Part shown: positions 1 to 13,836 of the stretch, piece by piece | Numbering within the stretch: position 1 is the first letter of the stretch | Layout: each line of letters begins with the position of its first letter | NCBI GenBank assembly: GCA_033442325.1 | Contig: JAWQFM010000004.1 | Coordinates: forward strand, 1,249,293 to 1,313,292 | DNA from: Salpingoeca rosetta | Lineage: Eukaryota; Protista; Choanoflagellata | DNA: 64,000 nucleotides | Reading direction: 5' to 3' | Program-made: the position numbers and the translations under genes | The notes under the pieces: model-generated | Told to the model about the DNA's origin: nothing | Seen by the model: only the letters and a program-made list of their open reading frames with translations | Databases searched by the model: none

Positions 1-725
1 GTCTCTGCCGCCAAAGCCGTCGGCGCCGCTGCCAGCGTCCTTGTGTAAGTGGCACGCCTGCGCGCGCACGTGTGTGTTGATGCGATGATGATGATGTTGA
101 TGGCGCCTGCGGTTGCAGCATCACATGCTATTCAAACTCCGCCCACACGCACACCTGTGCATGATGACACACCCTTTACGCACACGCGTGTGCTGCCCAC
201 CACCTCTGCGTTCGTTCTTCTAATCATGACACAACAACACAACACAACACAACACAATATAATGCAACACAACGCACAAATCGCAGGGACACTGCGGACC
301 GCACTGTGTCTGGCTCTGGAAAGCTTGAGGAAATTATGGTGTGCGGACAAGAGATCACAGCAAGCACAGCGCAGCTGGTGTCTGCAAGCCGCGTCAAGGC
401 GCGCCCACGCAGCGAGAAGAAGGCGGAGCTTGAGACGTGCTCGCGGCAGGTGCACACGGCGACGCAGGAGCTGATTGAGGCTGTGCGCGACGCGTGCCAG
501 CGGGCGAGGGAGGTGCACTCTGCCCAGGACTACCTCAAGCTGACCATCACGCAGGCGCGTCGGCTGCAGATGGACTCGCAGGTGCGGGTGAAGGAGCTTG
601 AGTACGAGCTGTTGCAGGAACAGGAGCGGCTGCGACAGCTGCGCAAGGCGCACTACCACCTCTCGGAGACGGCCAGCGTCAACTCGGAACGCGCCTCAAA
701 GCGAAACTCCATGGTGGCGGCGTAA
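1..725 (+). CDS. HIP1: 3' end of a Huntingtin-interacting protein 1 / Sla2-family protein (I/LWEQ actin-binding domain); exons <1-44 and 287-725
   Basis: Spliced translation VSAAKAVGAAASVLV|DTADRTVSGSGKLEEIMVCGQEITASTAQLVSASRVKA...QMDSQVRVKELEYELLQEQERLRQLRKAHY matches the HIP1/HIP1R I/LWEQ domain (EELMVCSHEIAASTAQLVAASKVKA...MDSQVRVLELE). GTAAGT donor at 45, CAG acceptor at 286, TAA at 723-725. Confidence 0.9.
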
Positions 726-1094
726 GAAACACTGGCAAATGAACGGACGGACAAACAAGCGCTCAAGACTGCGCTGACCAAGTGTTGAATGACTCGCGTC
801 TGTTGGCATCCTTCTTTCTCCTCTTCTTCTCTTCTGTATCTTCGTTTCATACTTTTTCGTTTGCGGTTGTACGGATTGCGTTCATATTGACCACCGCGCT
901 TATTGCGTTACCTTGGCTCATCCATAGATGTTGATCATCGCGTGCTGGTGTTTCTGTTGCATACTGCTGGGTCGTGCGTGCATACTGCTTGCCCTGTTCG
1001 ACCCGTGTTTGAAATTACGTTAAGCGCCCAACAAGGACAACCACATACAAATGCATATCAAACGACGTTGCCACAACCAACCCGTTTTTCACTG

Positions 1095-1126
<32 letters not shown>

Positions 1127-1916
1127 GACGTGACTTGGTCAAATCAGCAAATGGTATCGTTTACTATGTGCGGGGAATGCAAAGGGAGAGGGGAGAGAGA
1201 CGTGTCTCATGGGATGTCTCATCACACGTCTCTTTGGATGGATGGATGGATGGATGGATGGATGGTGCTGCGAACACACTCAAGCTGGCGGCCGGCACCA
1301 GCGACGAGCGAGAAACACGGCAGCAACACGGAGGCAGCGAGGTGGAGGTATTGGTACAGAATGCAGTTCAAAAACGACACCAGCGTAATGTAAGAAAAGA
1401 ACAAGAGCGCGTACAAAAAGCAGTGGTGTTGGTGTGGAAGTTGGAAAATGCACACACAGACACAGACACACAGACATACAGACAAACGCACACACACACA
1501 GACACAGACACAGACACAGACACACACACACAAACGCACACAGACACAGACACAGACACACAGACATACACACACACACAAAACGCACATAGCGCGGCAA
1601 TGCAAGTTGAAGCAAACGAAGCAGAGGCGCTCAGCAGCAAGGAAAGAAAGGAAAGAAATGTAAAACAGGGGCTGTCGGGGTGATGTAACGCAAGTGAGGG
1701 ACAGCACACGAGAGCCAAACACGACAGCTTCACAATGACCAGATGACGGATGCACAGCACAAAACACTCATCACAACCAAACAAACACGAGCAAACACAC
1801 GAACGAACGACCAAACAACACAAGCATCCGCTCTCTCTCACTCTCTCACAGACACATGACCACAAGCTGCGTGTGTGTCCATGCACGCAAAACATCGCGT
1901 GTGTCCATCAACCTGC

Positions 1917-3403
<1,487 letters not shown>

Positions 3404-3913
3404 GGCGTAATGTGATAGATCCCTGCTTTTCTCTCTCTCTCTCTTGTGTTCGTCAATTGCTTTCTCTTCGTTCCGTGCTTCCTACGCTGTTGTCTGCGTT
3501 TGCGCGTGCGGTTGCCTCTGTGTATGGGGTGGTGGCCGTCTGCGCTTCTGTTGGTGAAATGGGCTGTATCTGCTGTGCTCGAGCTGGACGAATATTTGTA
3601 ATGATTTCCACAGAAACAACAACCCCACCAACAAAAAAAAAAAAAAGGAAGAAAAAAAATCTGCGCCAGCCAGCAGGCAAGCAAGACACACGGCACGCAT
3701 GCATGGCAAGCAAGGGGGGACAACTAATCAGGGACAAGGGATCATCACAACAAGAGACAGACAGCAGCGCAGTGAAATGTGCAATGTGTAATGTGTAACG
3801 TGCAGTCGTGAAAGCAAACGCAAAGCAGACGAAAAGCACCGACAAAGAAGCAAACACACACACACACACAAAAAAGAAGCTATGTATGTATGTACTTGTG
3901 ACATGGATTGCGA

Positions 3914-5885
3914 TTATGCTGCGGATGAGGAGGAAGCTGGGGTTTGTGCGGATGCAAGTCGTTCAATCTGGGACCAGTCAGAGTGCCTGAGCGCTGGATC
4001 TTGCAGCTTCATGCCGCTCGCAAGCATCATCTTCTCGAAATCCTCCCACAAGGCATCGTGGGGCAGCGGCTGGGATTGCGTCACGTTGTGTAACGCCTGC
4101 TGCGGCTGTGTCACGCGGCGCACGGGCCGGGTGGGCGCCGCCGGCGACAGCACGCTTGGTCGAAACGACACGCCACTGTCGCCGCGGACCTGTGCAGGCT
4201 CCTGCTCCTGTTGTTGTTGTTGCTGTGGTGTAGGGGCGGCGGTGGCTTCCTCAGCCTGGGGGTGGTCGTGTTCAACGGCAACACTTGCTGGAGGCACCGC
4301 CGTCTCCTCATGTTGTGCTTGTACTGGTTCTTCTTGTGTTTGTTCCTCTTGCTGTTGCCGTTGCTGTTGCTCTTCTTCTGGCACCGTCGCTTCCTCTCCC
4401 TCCTCCTCCTCCTCCTCCTCCTCCTGTTCCTTCTGCTCCGCTGCTGCTGCTGCTTCTTCTTCTTCTTGTTCCTGTTCTTCCTCCTTTGCCGGCCTCGTGT
4501 CCGCAGCACCTTCAGACACCGGCTGCTCCTGCTGCTGCTCCTGGCCTGCTGTCGTGCCTTCTGCTAGTCCCTTCTCCTCCTTCTCTTCCGGCTCCTCCTC
4601 CTGCTGTTGTGCCTCATCAGCATCGCTCTTTGGTGGTTCTTCTTCCACAGCAGCTTGCTCTACTGCTGCCGCTGCCTCCTCCTCCTGCTGTTCTTCGTCC
4701 TCTTGGGCTGGCGCCTCCACCACGCCCTCCTCAGCACTTGGCTCAGGGGTGGTCTCAGTGGCGGCTGGCGTATCCTCCACTTCCTCCCCATACATCACCC
4801 GTTCCTCTTCTTCCTTGTCCGCAACAGCCGGCGCCTCTTCAGCAGCGGCCGGCGCCTCTTCTTCTTCTTCTTCCTCTGCACCTGTGCCTTGTTCTTGCTC
4901 ATCTGCAGCAACAGCAGCTGTTGTTGCTTCCTCCTCTTGCTCCTCTTGTTCTTGCTGCTGCTCTGCCTCCACTTGTGGGGCTTCAGTGTCCTCCGCCTCC
5001 ACTGGCTGCATCACTGCTTCCTCTTCCTCCTCCTCCTCCTCTTCTTGCTGTTGTGCGTCCTCCTGTGTGTGCACGACCGCCGCTTCCTCCTCCTTCTCCT
5101 GTCCCGTTTCTTCGTCAACCGCAGCCTCGACTGCACTCACCTCCTCCTGCCCCTTCTCTTCCTCTTGCCCCTTCTCTTCCTCCTCTTCTTCCTGCTGCTC
5201 TCCCTCTGTCTCCGCTGTTGCTGGCGCTTCTTGCTGCACCGTCTCCTCCTTCACTTCCGCCTGCTCCTCTTCACCAGCCTCCTGCACCTGTGGGTGTTTC
5301 TCCTCCACCACCTCCTCCTCCTGCTGTTGTTGGGCGTGTGGCGGCGCTGCTGTTGATGATGCCAGACTGCCGCCCTCAAACACGGGCGACAAAGCCTCAG
5401 ACTCTGTCGGGCTGATGGACGTGGTCGATTGGCCTGCACACACACACACATACACATTGAATCTTCGTGAGTTGTATTCAAGTCGTGGTGTGCCTGTGCA
5501 TACACGTTTGCTGTTACACTAACGCTCACAGCCACGTCCCTCCCTGCCTCACAAACACACGTTCATCATTCACAAACACGCCCTCGCGCCGTGCGCAGCA
5601 CCTGAGATTGAGGAGAGGGCGCTTGAGTCGAGGCCGAGCGAGTGCGATCCTTCATTCTTCGCCTTCTTCAGGCCGCTCATAATCGTCGCGAGCCGCTGCA
5701 GTTGCAACACAGGCGCGAAGGAGAGCACGCGCGCGCACACAAACGAATCAGCTCACAGTAGGTTCAGACAAAAGGGCAAACAGCACACACACACATGCAC
5801 TTGTACGAGGGTGTGTGTGTGCGGCTCTACATACCATGCACACACACACACACACACACAAACACAAACACAAACACAAACACAA

Positions 5886-5922
<37 letters not shown>

Positions 5923-6464
5923 CCACCAACGCCTCCTCCGTGCCAGTAGTTGTCACCCACCGCCTTGCGTGCGCGGCGCTCGGCCTGCTTCTGCTCGCGC
6001 ATGCGGCGCTTCTCAATGGCCTCGGGCGTGTTGAGCCGTCGCTCCTGCTCTGCTGCGGCCTCGCGTTTGCCCTGCTCAGCCAGCAGCTCCAGGTGGCGGC
6101 GGCGGGCGGCCGCGTTCTCTGCACGGCGCGCCTCAAGCTCAAGCTGCTTCTTTCGCTTCTCCTCTGCTTGCTGTGAGGAAGAAAGAGAGATGGGGGGGGG
6201 GAGGGTGCAGTGGGTGAGAATGAGGCCACACAGTCGTGAGAAAAGTCGCAACATGCTGGACTCAAAAACACACACACACACACACACACACAGACACACA
6301 GACACACACACACACACACACACACACAAGCTTGCGGACCTTGAGAAATTCCTCGTCCTCCTGCTGCATACGCCGTTCGGCGTCGAGGAGGCGTTGCTCG
6401 GCCAGTCGCTCCTCCTCTTCCTCCTGCCGCCGCCGCTCAGCAGCAGCCTTCTCTGCCTCACGCC

Positions 6465-6504
<40 letters not shown>

Positions 6505-6995
6505 ACGGCACACATGTGGCAGCATGACAGGTGAGGATGGATGAGGTGGTGCAAGTTGCAGGTTGTACGAACACACGCGCAAGCGACATGAAGCACATTG
6601 CAAGCGAGACACAGCCACGCACACAAACACACGCAGACACACAGACACACGCACACACACACAGACACACACAGACACACACACACACAGACACACAGAC
6701 ACACACACACACACACACACACACAAAGGCGTACGTTTTGCTGCCTCCAGCCAGTGCTCGTCGTCAGCAATTGGGGTGAGCGGGTCACTGGACTCTGTGC
6801 GCCTGCGAATGGCCTTCTTCTGTGTCAGCCGCTTCACAGCCTGCAGCGCGCCGACCTCAAGCCGCCCGCTCGCACTCAGCACGCTGTTCGAGTCGTCGTC
6901 GTCATCATCATCATCATTATTGCCATCCACTGCATCCTGGTCTGCTGCACCTTGCTCGTCGTCATTATTAGCATCAACAACGGCAGTGGCAGCGC

Positions 6996-7036
<41 letters not shown>

Positions 7037-8695
7037 CGAACGTCCTCCCTCGCCTCTTCACCATCATCATCACCTTCATCCATTTGTGCTGACTCAGCAT
7101 CCTCGTCCTGTTCCCTTTCTCCCTCTTGTGCTGCATCAACGCTTGCTGCGTGCACGCTCTCGCCATCACTTGCGTCCTCTGCCCCCACTTCATCTGCAAC
7201 TGCAACGGGTGCAGCCACGTCCTGCTCTTCTTGCTCTTCCTCCGCCTTTGCTTGCTCCTTCTTTGCCCTCTTGGCTGCACCGGTGGTCGCGTTTGACTTT
7301 GGCGATTTGGCTGCAGGCTTCTTCTTCGCACCCTCCGTTGTCTTCTTCGCTCCTGCTGCTGTCGCCGTCTTGGCTGTCTTTGCCTTTGCCACCTTGCCTG
7401 TGGGCGATGTCTTGGATGCCGGCCGGGTCTTGGTCCTGCTGGCTGTGGTGCCTGTCCTCGCCTTGCTGCTCGTTGCTGACGATGGCCGCTTCCCAGCCGC
7501 GCCCGTGCTTGCCCGCGCAATGCGTGTGGGTGTGGCCGTGCTGCTGCCACTGCTGCTTACACGCCCCGTCCGCGTGCTCCTCCCTGTGCCAGTCTTGGAT
7601 GCAGAGGCCGGTGTTCGCGCTGCGCCCGCTGCCGTCTTGGATTGGCGCGTCGCCTTGCCGCTTGGCGTGGCTGACGAGGAGGAGGAGGAGGAGGAGGAGG
7701 TGCGGGCACCGCGCGCGGTTGAACTCTTTGGGCGGGATGTTGATGCTGACGATGAAGATGGCGACGATGTTGATGATGTGGTGCGGCGTGAAGAAGCAGC
7801 CGGCGACGCCGTTGATGACGTGGGGATACTCCTATGAGGGCAGGGGAAGACGAGCACGGGGGGAGTGAGTGGGTGTATGTGAGTGAGTGTATGTGAGTGT
7901 ATGTGAGTGAGTGAGAGTGAGTGTATGTGAGTGAGTGAGTGAGTGAGTGAGTGAGTGAGTGTATGTGAGTGTGTGTTCTACATTTGGGTGTGTATGCATC
8001 TTTGATTCAGGCAGCGAGACAAGGCCATGCCAATCATGTACAGGCGTAAGCGCATTGCAAAGAACGTACGATCGTCTGGTCTTTGTTGCTGAGCGGGACG
8101 CGCTTGACTTTGTGGTGCTTGTCTTGCTGGGCGTGCCGGTCTTTGACTTGGTCTTGGTGGTCTTGGATGACGTCTGTAACGATGAGCCCAGAGAGGCAAT
8201 AAGGTGAGCAGTCGTGTTATTGGCAGGGGCGTGAGTGCGGATCATTGTGCATTGCTTGTGTTGGTGCATGCACGCTTGTTTCTGTGTTGTGTAGTCGCAT
8301 GTATGTGTGCCTGTACGCGTGTTGTGTGCCTGTATGCGTGCGGTCGTATGTGCGTTGGGATTTGTGCACGTGGTTTCAGCCACTTTCCCTTTGTCATGTA
8401 CATGCGTGTAAGAGCGTGGACCTTGTCTTGAAGCTTCTGCTTCAAGGCGACCTCGGCTTCCTGCAGCTTCTTCTTGCGCTCTGCTGCAGTGTTGCACATG
8501 TGTACGCATGCATGCAGGCAGGTTGATTACGAGAGAGAGTGTGTGAGCACATTTGTGTGACATGTATTTTGAGTGTGTGTGAGCGTCGTTGAGTGGCAGC
8601 AGCGGCGAGGGTTGAATAAGGATTGGCAAGTGAAAGGGTCACTGCTTGAACTGATGCCAACTGGTGCTCACACAGACACACACATACAGACAGAC

Positions 8696-8734
<39 letters not shown>

Positions 8735-8820
8735 CATACAAACGCACACACACACACACACACTCAGACACACAAACGCACACGCGCACCTGCGGTTGAC
8801 GGTTTTTTCTTGTCAGCCAT
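3914..8820 (-). CDS. Low-complexity coiled-coil protein, MAP7/ensconsin-like; about 8 exons, last exon about 5433-3914
   Basis: Starts MADKKKPSTA|ERKKKLQEAEVALKQKLQDK. A K/S/T/R-rich basic region (7830-7250) and an acidic linker lead to E/R/K helical exons ending QAERRARKA|RLATIMSGLKKAK, which resembles the MAP7-domain end ERKKRLEEIMKRTR. A ~450-aa Glu-rich tail follows. GT-AG sites are in phase where checked. The gene model is well supported; the family call is inference. Confidence 0.6.
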
Positions 8821-10299
8821 GATGGTGATTGGGGTGCTGGTGGTGCTGCCTGAACAAAAGGCCACTCACTGGCTCACTGACTCACGCACAAGCACAACGG
8901 CCAAGGCCATACACACACAATCTGTGCCTCGCCGCTGCTGTCGTCGTTGGTCTGATCTGCTCTGCTTGGTTGGTTGCGGGTGCAGTGCCACAGTGCTGTC
9001 TGTCGGTCTGACTCTTTCTCCTGGGTTCTGTTGTGGTTGGCAGGGGATGGACGGAAAGTGATGGAAATAGGAGGCAAGGATGGAGGGCGTCGTTGGACAG
9101 CGCAACAGACGGAAAGAATAAGGAAGGAAGAGAGAAGACAACGCCAAAGGGTGTTTTGGCGTGGGTTTGGATGGATGGCGTGGATTGGAAAGGCGAGAAA
9201 AGAGAAGGAGAGGGAGAGGATGTTGTGGGGTAGAATGGGATGATCACGCACGCACAAGGTTGGGGGTGGGTAGAAGGAGGGAGATAGGGGAAGGGAACGA
9301 AAAACGTACACATGCACACGCACGCACACACAGTCGGGGAGAGTGACGAGAACGCAAGCAAGCAAGGAAACAGGAGAAGAAGGAGGAAGAGGAGGAGGAG
9401 GAAAGGAGAAGGCGCTCGTGAGATGGGTGGCGATAGCTGTGTTATGCTCTCTAATGTGTGTGCAACAGCAGAAGAAGAGGATGCCCCTTGACCACGAATC
9501 AAGCTACTGCTGTTGGTGGGGGTGGGTTGATTGGATACGGCAATGTCGCCACTGCAACAAGTATGCGTGGCATACAAGAGAAGAAAAACGAACGAACGAA
9601 CGAACCCAGCCAGCCAACAGCAAACGAACTCAACATTATGCGTGTGTCACTTGTCGTTCCACCAAGCACAAGCACGCAAGCACAAGCACGCAAGCACAAG
9701 CACAGGCACACAAGCACAAACCCACCCAACACACACCTGCCGTTTGTTCGTTGTGCAGCAGCAGCGATTGCGTTTGTGTTTGAGATTGAGGGCGGCCCGG
9801 CCGGAATGTGTGTGCGTTTGCGTTGGCAGCAGGGGGATGATTGCGGATGATTGTTGAACATTTTTGGGCAATTTTCGCCATTGCTGGCATAGCAGCATCG
9901 AACCACAACTTGTGCTGTTTCTTGCCAGCGCATATGCCACTTTTTTTACCCACCCGTGGACATGTTGGCAAATTTGATTTTACCTTCGGCAATCACGTGC
10001 AGGCCGCGTTTCCACGTGCAAAACGACGTGGCGTGCTGGTTTTTTCGATAAACATGGGAAATCATCAACAAATTAGCAAAAGCTTCCAGCACCGTCCGAG
10101 TCCGCCTTTCGCGAACGAAGTGCGAGGAACAACCCCGAAGCTCGAAAATGTGACACAACGCACAGGAAGAACATGGAAGAACAACAGAGAAGCAAACGAA
10201 CGAAGCAACATTTGTTATCATCTCACCGCACCCACCTCCTGCTGCTGCCCTCGCCTTCCTGTGCTTTCCCCAGTATTGCGTGGGTTGTTCTCTCGTGTT

Positions 10300-11416
10300 C
10301 TTCTTGCGATCGCGTGGGTTTGGCTTTCCCCCTTTGGCTGGCTGGCTTGTTGGTTGTTGGTCGTTGGTTGTTGCACCCCTCGCCGCTTGCTCCTCCAGCC
10401 TCAACATTTTTCTGCGCTTGCCGCTGCTGTTCCCTTGCCTGTTGATCCGCTGCGTGTTTTGCGCCCCGCTGATCCCTCTCGTGGTTTCTTTCCCATTTTC
10501 ACCCAGCGATCGCCCTTCCTTCCCCACCTTTCCACCGAGCCCCTTCTGCCGTCTGTCTCTGTCTCTCTGATCGGGACAAGCCATTACAACCGCAAGCCCC
10601 TACAGCTCTCAACATCGCATTTCTCCCAGCGGCATCATCCCCATCAACACCACTGCACAACAAACGCCTCCCACCTATTTGATCTCTTCTCCCCACTCTG
10701 ATCCCACCAGTTTCTTCTCTCTGGCTTTTACCGCGTCCGTCGCTTGCTCTTGTTGAAGGTAAGATGCGGCAGCCATTCCTCATGCCAACCATTATTATCG
10801 CGATCGAAACCGCCATCGATCCCTCTCTTCTAGCTTCTCCGTTTGCATCATCTCTCTCTCTCTCCAAAGCAGCATCAGCACCGACACCGACGACAGCCAT
10901 TTGAGCGGGTCCCAATCGTGTCAGTCCCAAAAACTCTCGATACCATTGGCGCACTGACTGACGTCTCCACCTCCTTGATGCGTGAGAGATCATCCTTACG
11001 ATATCCCATCAGAGACGGACACAGACTGAGACAAGACTTGAGAGGGGCAGTGAGCACACCACGTGTGTGGCCGCGGTCTTGATCTTTCGAGCCGCTTGAT
11101 CTTTCGAGCCGCTTGTGTCGATCCCCCCACCTCCCACCTCCCAATCCAAACACTCCCATCCAGCCCACAAAGGTGGACCCCGATCGTCCCACTCTCTCAC
11201 CTCTCTTCCCCCCCCCCAGCCCGCTTCTTCCTCCTCAACAACTTCCACACCCTCATCGTGCCTGCTCTTCGCGCATGCCAAATCGCCTTAACATTCCAAC
11301 CCAGAGCTCACATCTGAACTCCCCTCTTGCCCTGCTTGCTTGCACCCTTTCCGTCCTGTTGTTCTGCTCCCTTTTGACCTGGCCTCTCCTTGGTTTTTTT
11401 TTTTCGTTGATTGCAG
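10300..11416 (+). promoter_or_regulatory. Probable promoter/5'UTR of the GATA gene, with a 5'UTR intron (10759-11416) and a GATC-motif cluster
   Basis: Microsatellite-free region. GTAAGA donor at 10759 and a T-rich tract plus TTGCAG acceptor at 11416. Fourteen GATC sites between 10308 and 11185. Confidence 0.5.
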
Positions 11417-11541
11417 CACAAAGTGGTGACATCCATCGTCGCTTTGAACTTCAGCAGCCAGCAAGTCCGCTAGTCCTCAAGTTCCAAGTGCTCCAAGTAC
11501 CAAGAGCAAGGCCAACCGCCCTTCTTCAATCAACCAACAAG

Positions 11542-13032
11542 ATGGTTCTCCCAAACGGTGGCTTCTCCCCTCACCCGAACGTTCACGTCCCGGCCGTCCA
11601 TCATGATGCGACCGCCGTCCAACCGGATCACATCGACGATCATCACGAGACGTTGACCGGCTTTGAGCCGTCAGCCACCTACCTTGCCACTCGCGCCGAC
11701 ACCACCTCCAAGACGTCCAGCACGGCCGCCCTCAAGAAGTTCGTGGAGGGCGAGTCCACCTCCTCTGGCCGCTGCAGCGTCTCCTCTGCTGTGTCGCGCG
11801 ACCCTTCCCAGTCGCCGCCGTCTGCGCCGTCCTCGCCGCACGTGGCCGCACGCGCCCTGCCGCTGGATCGCCTCGACAAGAAGCAGCAGCAGCGCCAGCA
11901 GCTTGCCAGCCTCGCGGCCGCCATGGACGCGCCCGCCCCCAAGTACCGCCACCAGCAGCACCACCTCTCCATGAGCGATGTTGACGAGGAGCCCAGCACC
12001 CCCGAGGAGGACAAGACCCCGAGCAGTGCCGACAGCCTCGACAGCACGGTCAACGCAGCCTTCTTCTCCCCCATCTCCCCCTCCGCCCTGGAGACAAGCA
12101 CCGCTGTGGTCAAGAAGGACGTCAAGAAGATTGCGGCCGAGCTTGCTGCTCCCACCGCCGCCATCACCACCAAGAAGACGGATCCCGTGACCGTCCTCAC
12201 CGCTCCTCTCCGCACGAAGCGCCGCAAGCCCCTGCGCCCCTTCCACATGACGCGCGCCGAGTTTGACCAGGCCAAGGGCATCAGCATCGCCTTCCAGCCC
12301 CTCAAGAAGCAGCCGTTTGCCATCACCAGCCGCAACGACTACCAGGTCGGGTCTGCGGGCCTGTACAGCCAGCTCACGGCCGCCCCCAGGCCAACCCTGC
12401 CCAAGAGAGCTGCCGCTGCAACCAAGACGAGGAGGGCGTCTGCCAAGACGGCAACCAAGCCCGCACCGCCCGTGCCCGGCCTCAAGACGCTCAAGAAGAA
12501 GCAGGAGCTGCAGGAGCTGCAGCGCCAAATCCTCGCCGAGAAGAAGGCCGCCGCTGCCGCCGCTGCTGCCGCCGCCCGCAAGGAGGCTGCAGCCGCCAAG
12601 GCGTCCAAGAAGGCTCCAACGCTGGCACAGCGCAAGAAGCAGCAGCAGCAGCAGCCCAAGAAGAAGAAGCAGATTGGTGCTGCAGGCGGCACCGCAGCAG
12701 CGCGCCGCAAGTCGAGCAACAGCAGCGCCGGTAGCAAGGCACGCACGCCCTCGTACCCGGCTGGCTCGCGCACCAACCCAAACAAGCGCTGCAAGTGCTG
12801 CGGCTGCAACACCACCCCGCTCTGGCGCGACTTTGGGCCCAACCTGCCCCTGTGCAACGCATGCGGCATTCGCTTCAAGAAGTATGGCTGCGTCTGCCGC
12901 GAGTGCATCTACGTCCCCTGCAAGCAGGAGTCCAGCCTGAGCTACTGCAAGCGGTGCAAGGCCAAGCGCTCCTACCTGCGCCGCCCCACGGCAACGGAGC
13001 TCAAGGCCCTCGACTCAAGCGTCAGCAAGTGA
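11542..13032 (+). CDS. GATA-type zinc-finger transcription factor with an intronless CDS and an extra C-terminal C4 motif
   Basis: CKCC-GCNTTPLWRDFGPNLPL-CNAC-GIRFKKYG is a C-x2-C-x17-C-x2-C GATA finger, followed by CREC-x13-CKRC. A Lys-rich NLS-like region precedes it. The start is taken as the ATG at 11542, downstream of the acceptor at 11416. Confidence 0.9.
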   Translation: MVLPNGGFSPHPNVHVPAVHHDATAVQPDHIDDHHETLTGFEPSATYLATRADTTSKTSSTAALKKFVEGESTSSGRCSVSSAVSRDPSQSPPSAPSSPHVAARALPLDRLDKKQQQRQQLASLAAAMDAPAPKYRHQQHHLSMSDVDEEPSTPEEDKTPSSADSLDSTVNAAFFSPISPSALETSTAVVKKDVKKIAAELAAPTAAITTKKTDPVTVLTAPLRTKRRKPLRPFHMTRAEFDQAKGISIAFQPLKKQPFAITSRNDYQVGSAGLYSQLTAAPRPTLPKRAAAATKTRRASAKTATKPAPPVPGLKTLKKKQELQELQRQILAEKKAAAAAAAAAARKEAAAAKASKKAPTLAQRKKQQQQQPKKKKQIGAAGGTAAARRKSSNSSAGSKARTPSYPAGSRTNPNKRCKCCGCNTTPLWRDFGPNLPLCNACGIRFKKYGCVCRECIYVPCKQESSLSYCKRCKAKRSYLRRPTATELKALDSSVSK

Positions 13033-13836
13033 ACTGAACCCTCGCCCACCGCTACGGCAACAGCGGCGGCGACGATGATGATGTGTATGATACATACGTT
13101 TGATGATGTGCATGTGGCGGTCAACAGTGCGGATTAGTGCCCTGTGTGTCCTCGGTTGTGCATGCGCGCACCTAGCTTGCAGCGCGTGTTTCAACGTGGA
13201 CCGTCTTTTCCTCTCTTTTAATTGGATCCCTCCCCTCTTCCCCTCTTATCCCTCTGTATTGGTTTTCCCGCAGCACATCTTCATACTTCTTCGTACTCTC
13301 GTTTTCTTCTTCTTTGGCGCTTTGCTTTGCGTTGCTTTGCTTTCCCACCGCTTTCAGCCCGCAACCCCCATCGCTCGCTCCTCCCTCGTCTTTTTTTCCT
13401 TTGTTTTCCTTGACTCACCTCACACAAATGTTCTCACAACGCGGTTGTGCTGTTGAGTCACTGATGCATGCATGTGAGCCACTGGTGCATGTGCTGCCCC
13501 AGTTTCCCTTCTTTCTTTCTTTCTTTCTTTCTTTCTTTCATTCTTTCATTCAGTGTGAGCGATGGTTCGGTGACGCTACGGGTTTGTGCAAACGATGTTT
13601 GATCGACTTGGTTTGTTTTTAACAACACGATCCAACCAGTCTCTGGTCCCCCCCCCTTTTTTTTTCTTTCTTTCCTTATTGATGCTTGATGCGTTTCCAA
13701 GACCCCATGGGCTTGTCATCACCACCACCACCTTGTGCCTTGTTTGGTGCTCTTGGTGAGTGTTGTTGCGATCGCTCTAGGAATTCGCACCTCGTGTTCC
13801 TTTTCCTTCTTTTTACGTTCATATCTATGTGGTTGG

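Noticed and set aside
1130-1895. ORFs rich in CVCV/HTHT, here and throughout the window
   Set aside because: They are (CA)n/(GT)n microsatellite read-throughs in UTRs and introns, not metal-binding proteins.
3882-5522. 546-aa Ser/Cys-rich plus-strand ORF
   Set aside because: Antisense of the Glu-rich last exon of the minus-strand gene.
9841-10701. 286-aa ORF upstream of the GATA gene
   Set aside because: Non-ATG start, no GC3 codon bias and no motifs; the region is better explained as promoter and 5'UTR.
11113-11541. N-terminal extension of the GATA ORF shown in the ORF track
   Set aside because: It starts at a non-ATG codon and crosses a T-rich splice acceptor ending at 11416; the ATG at 11542 is the more likely start.
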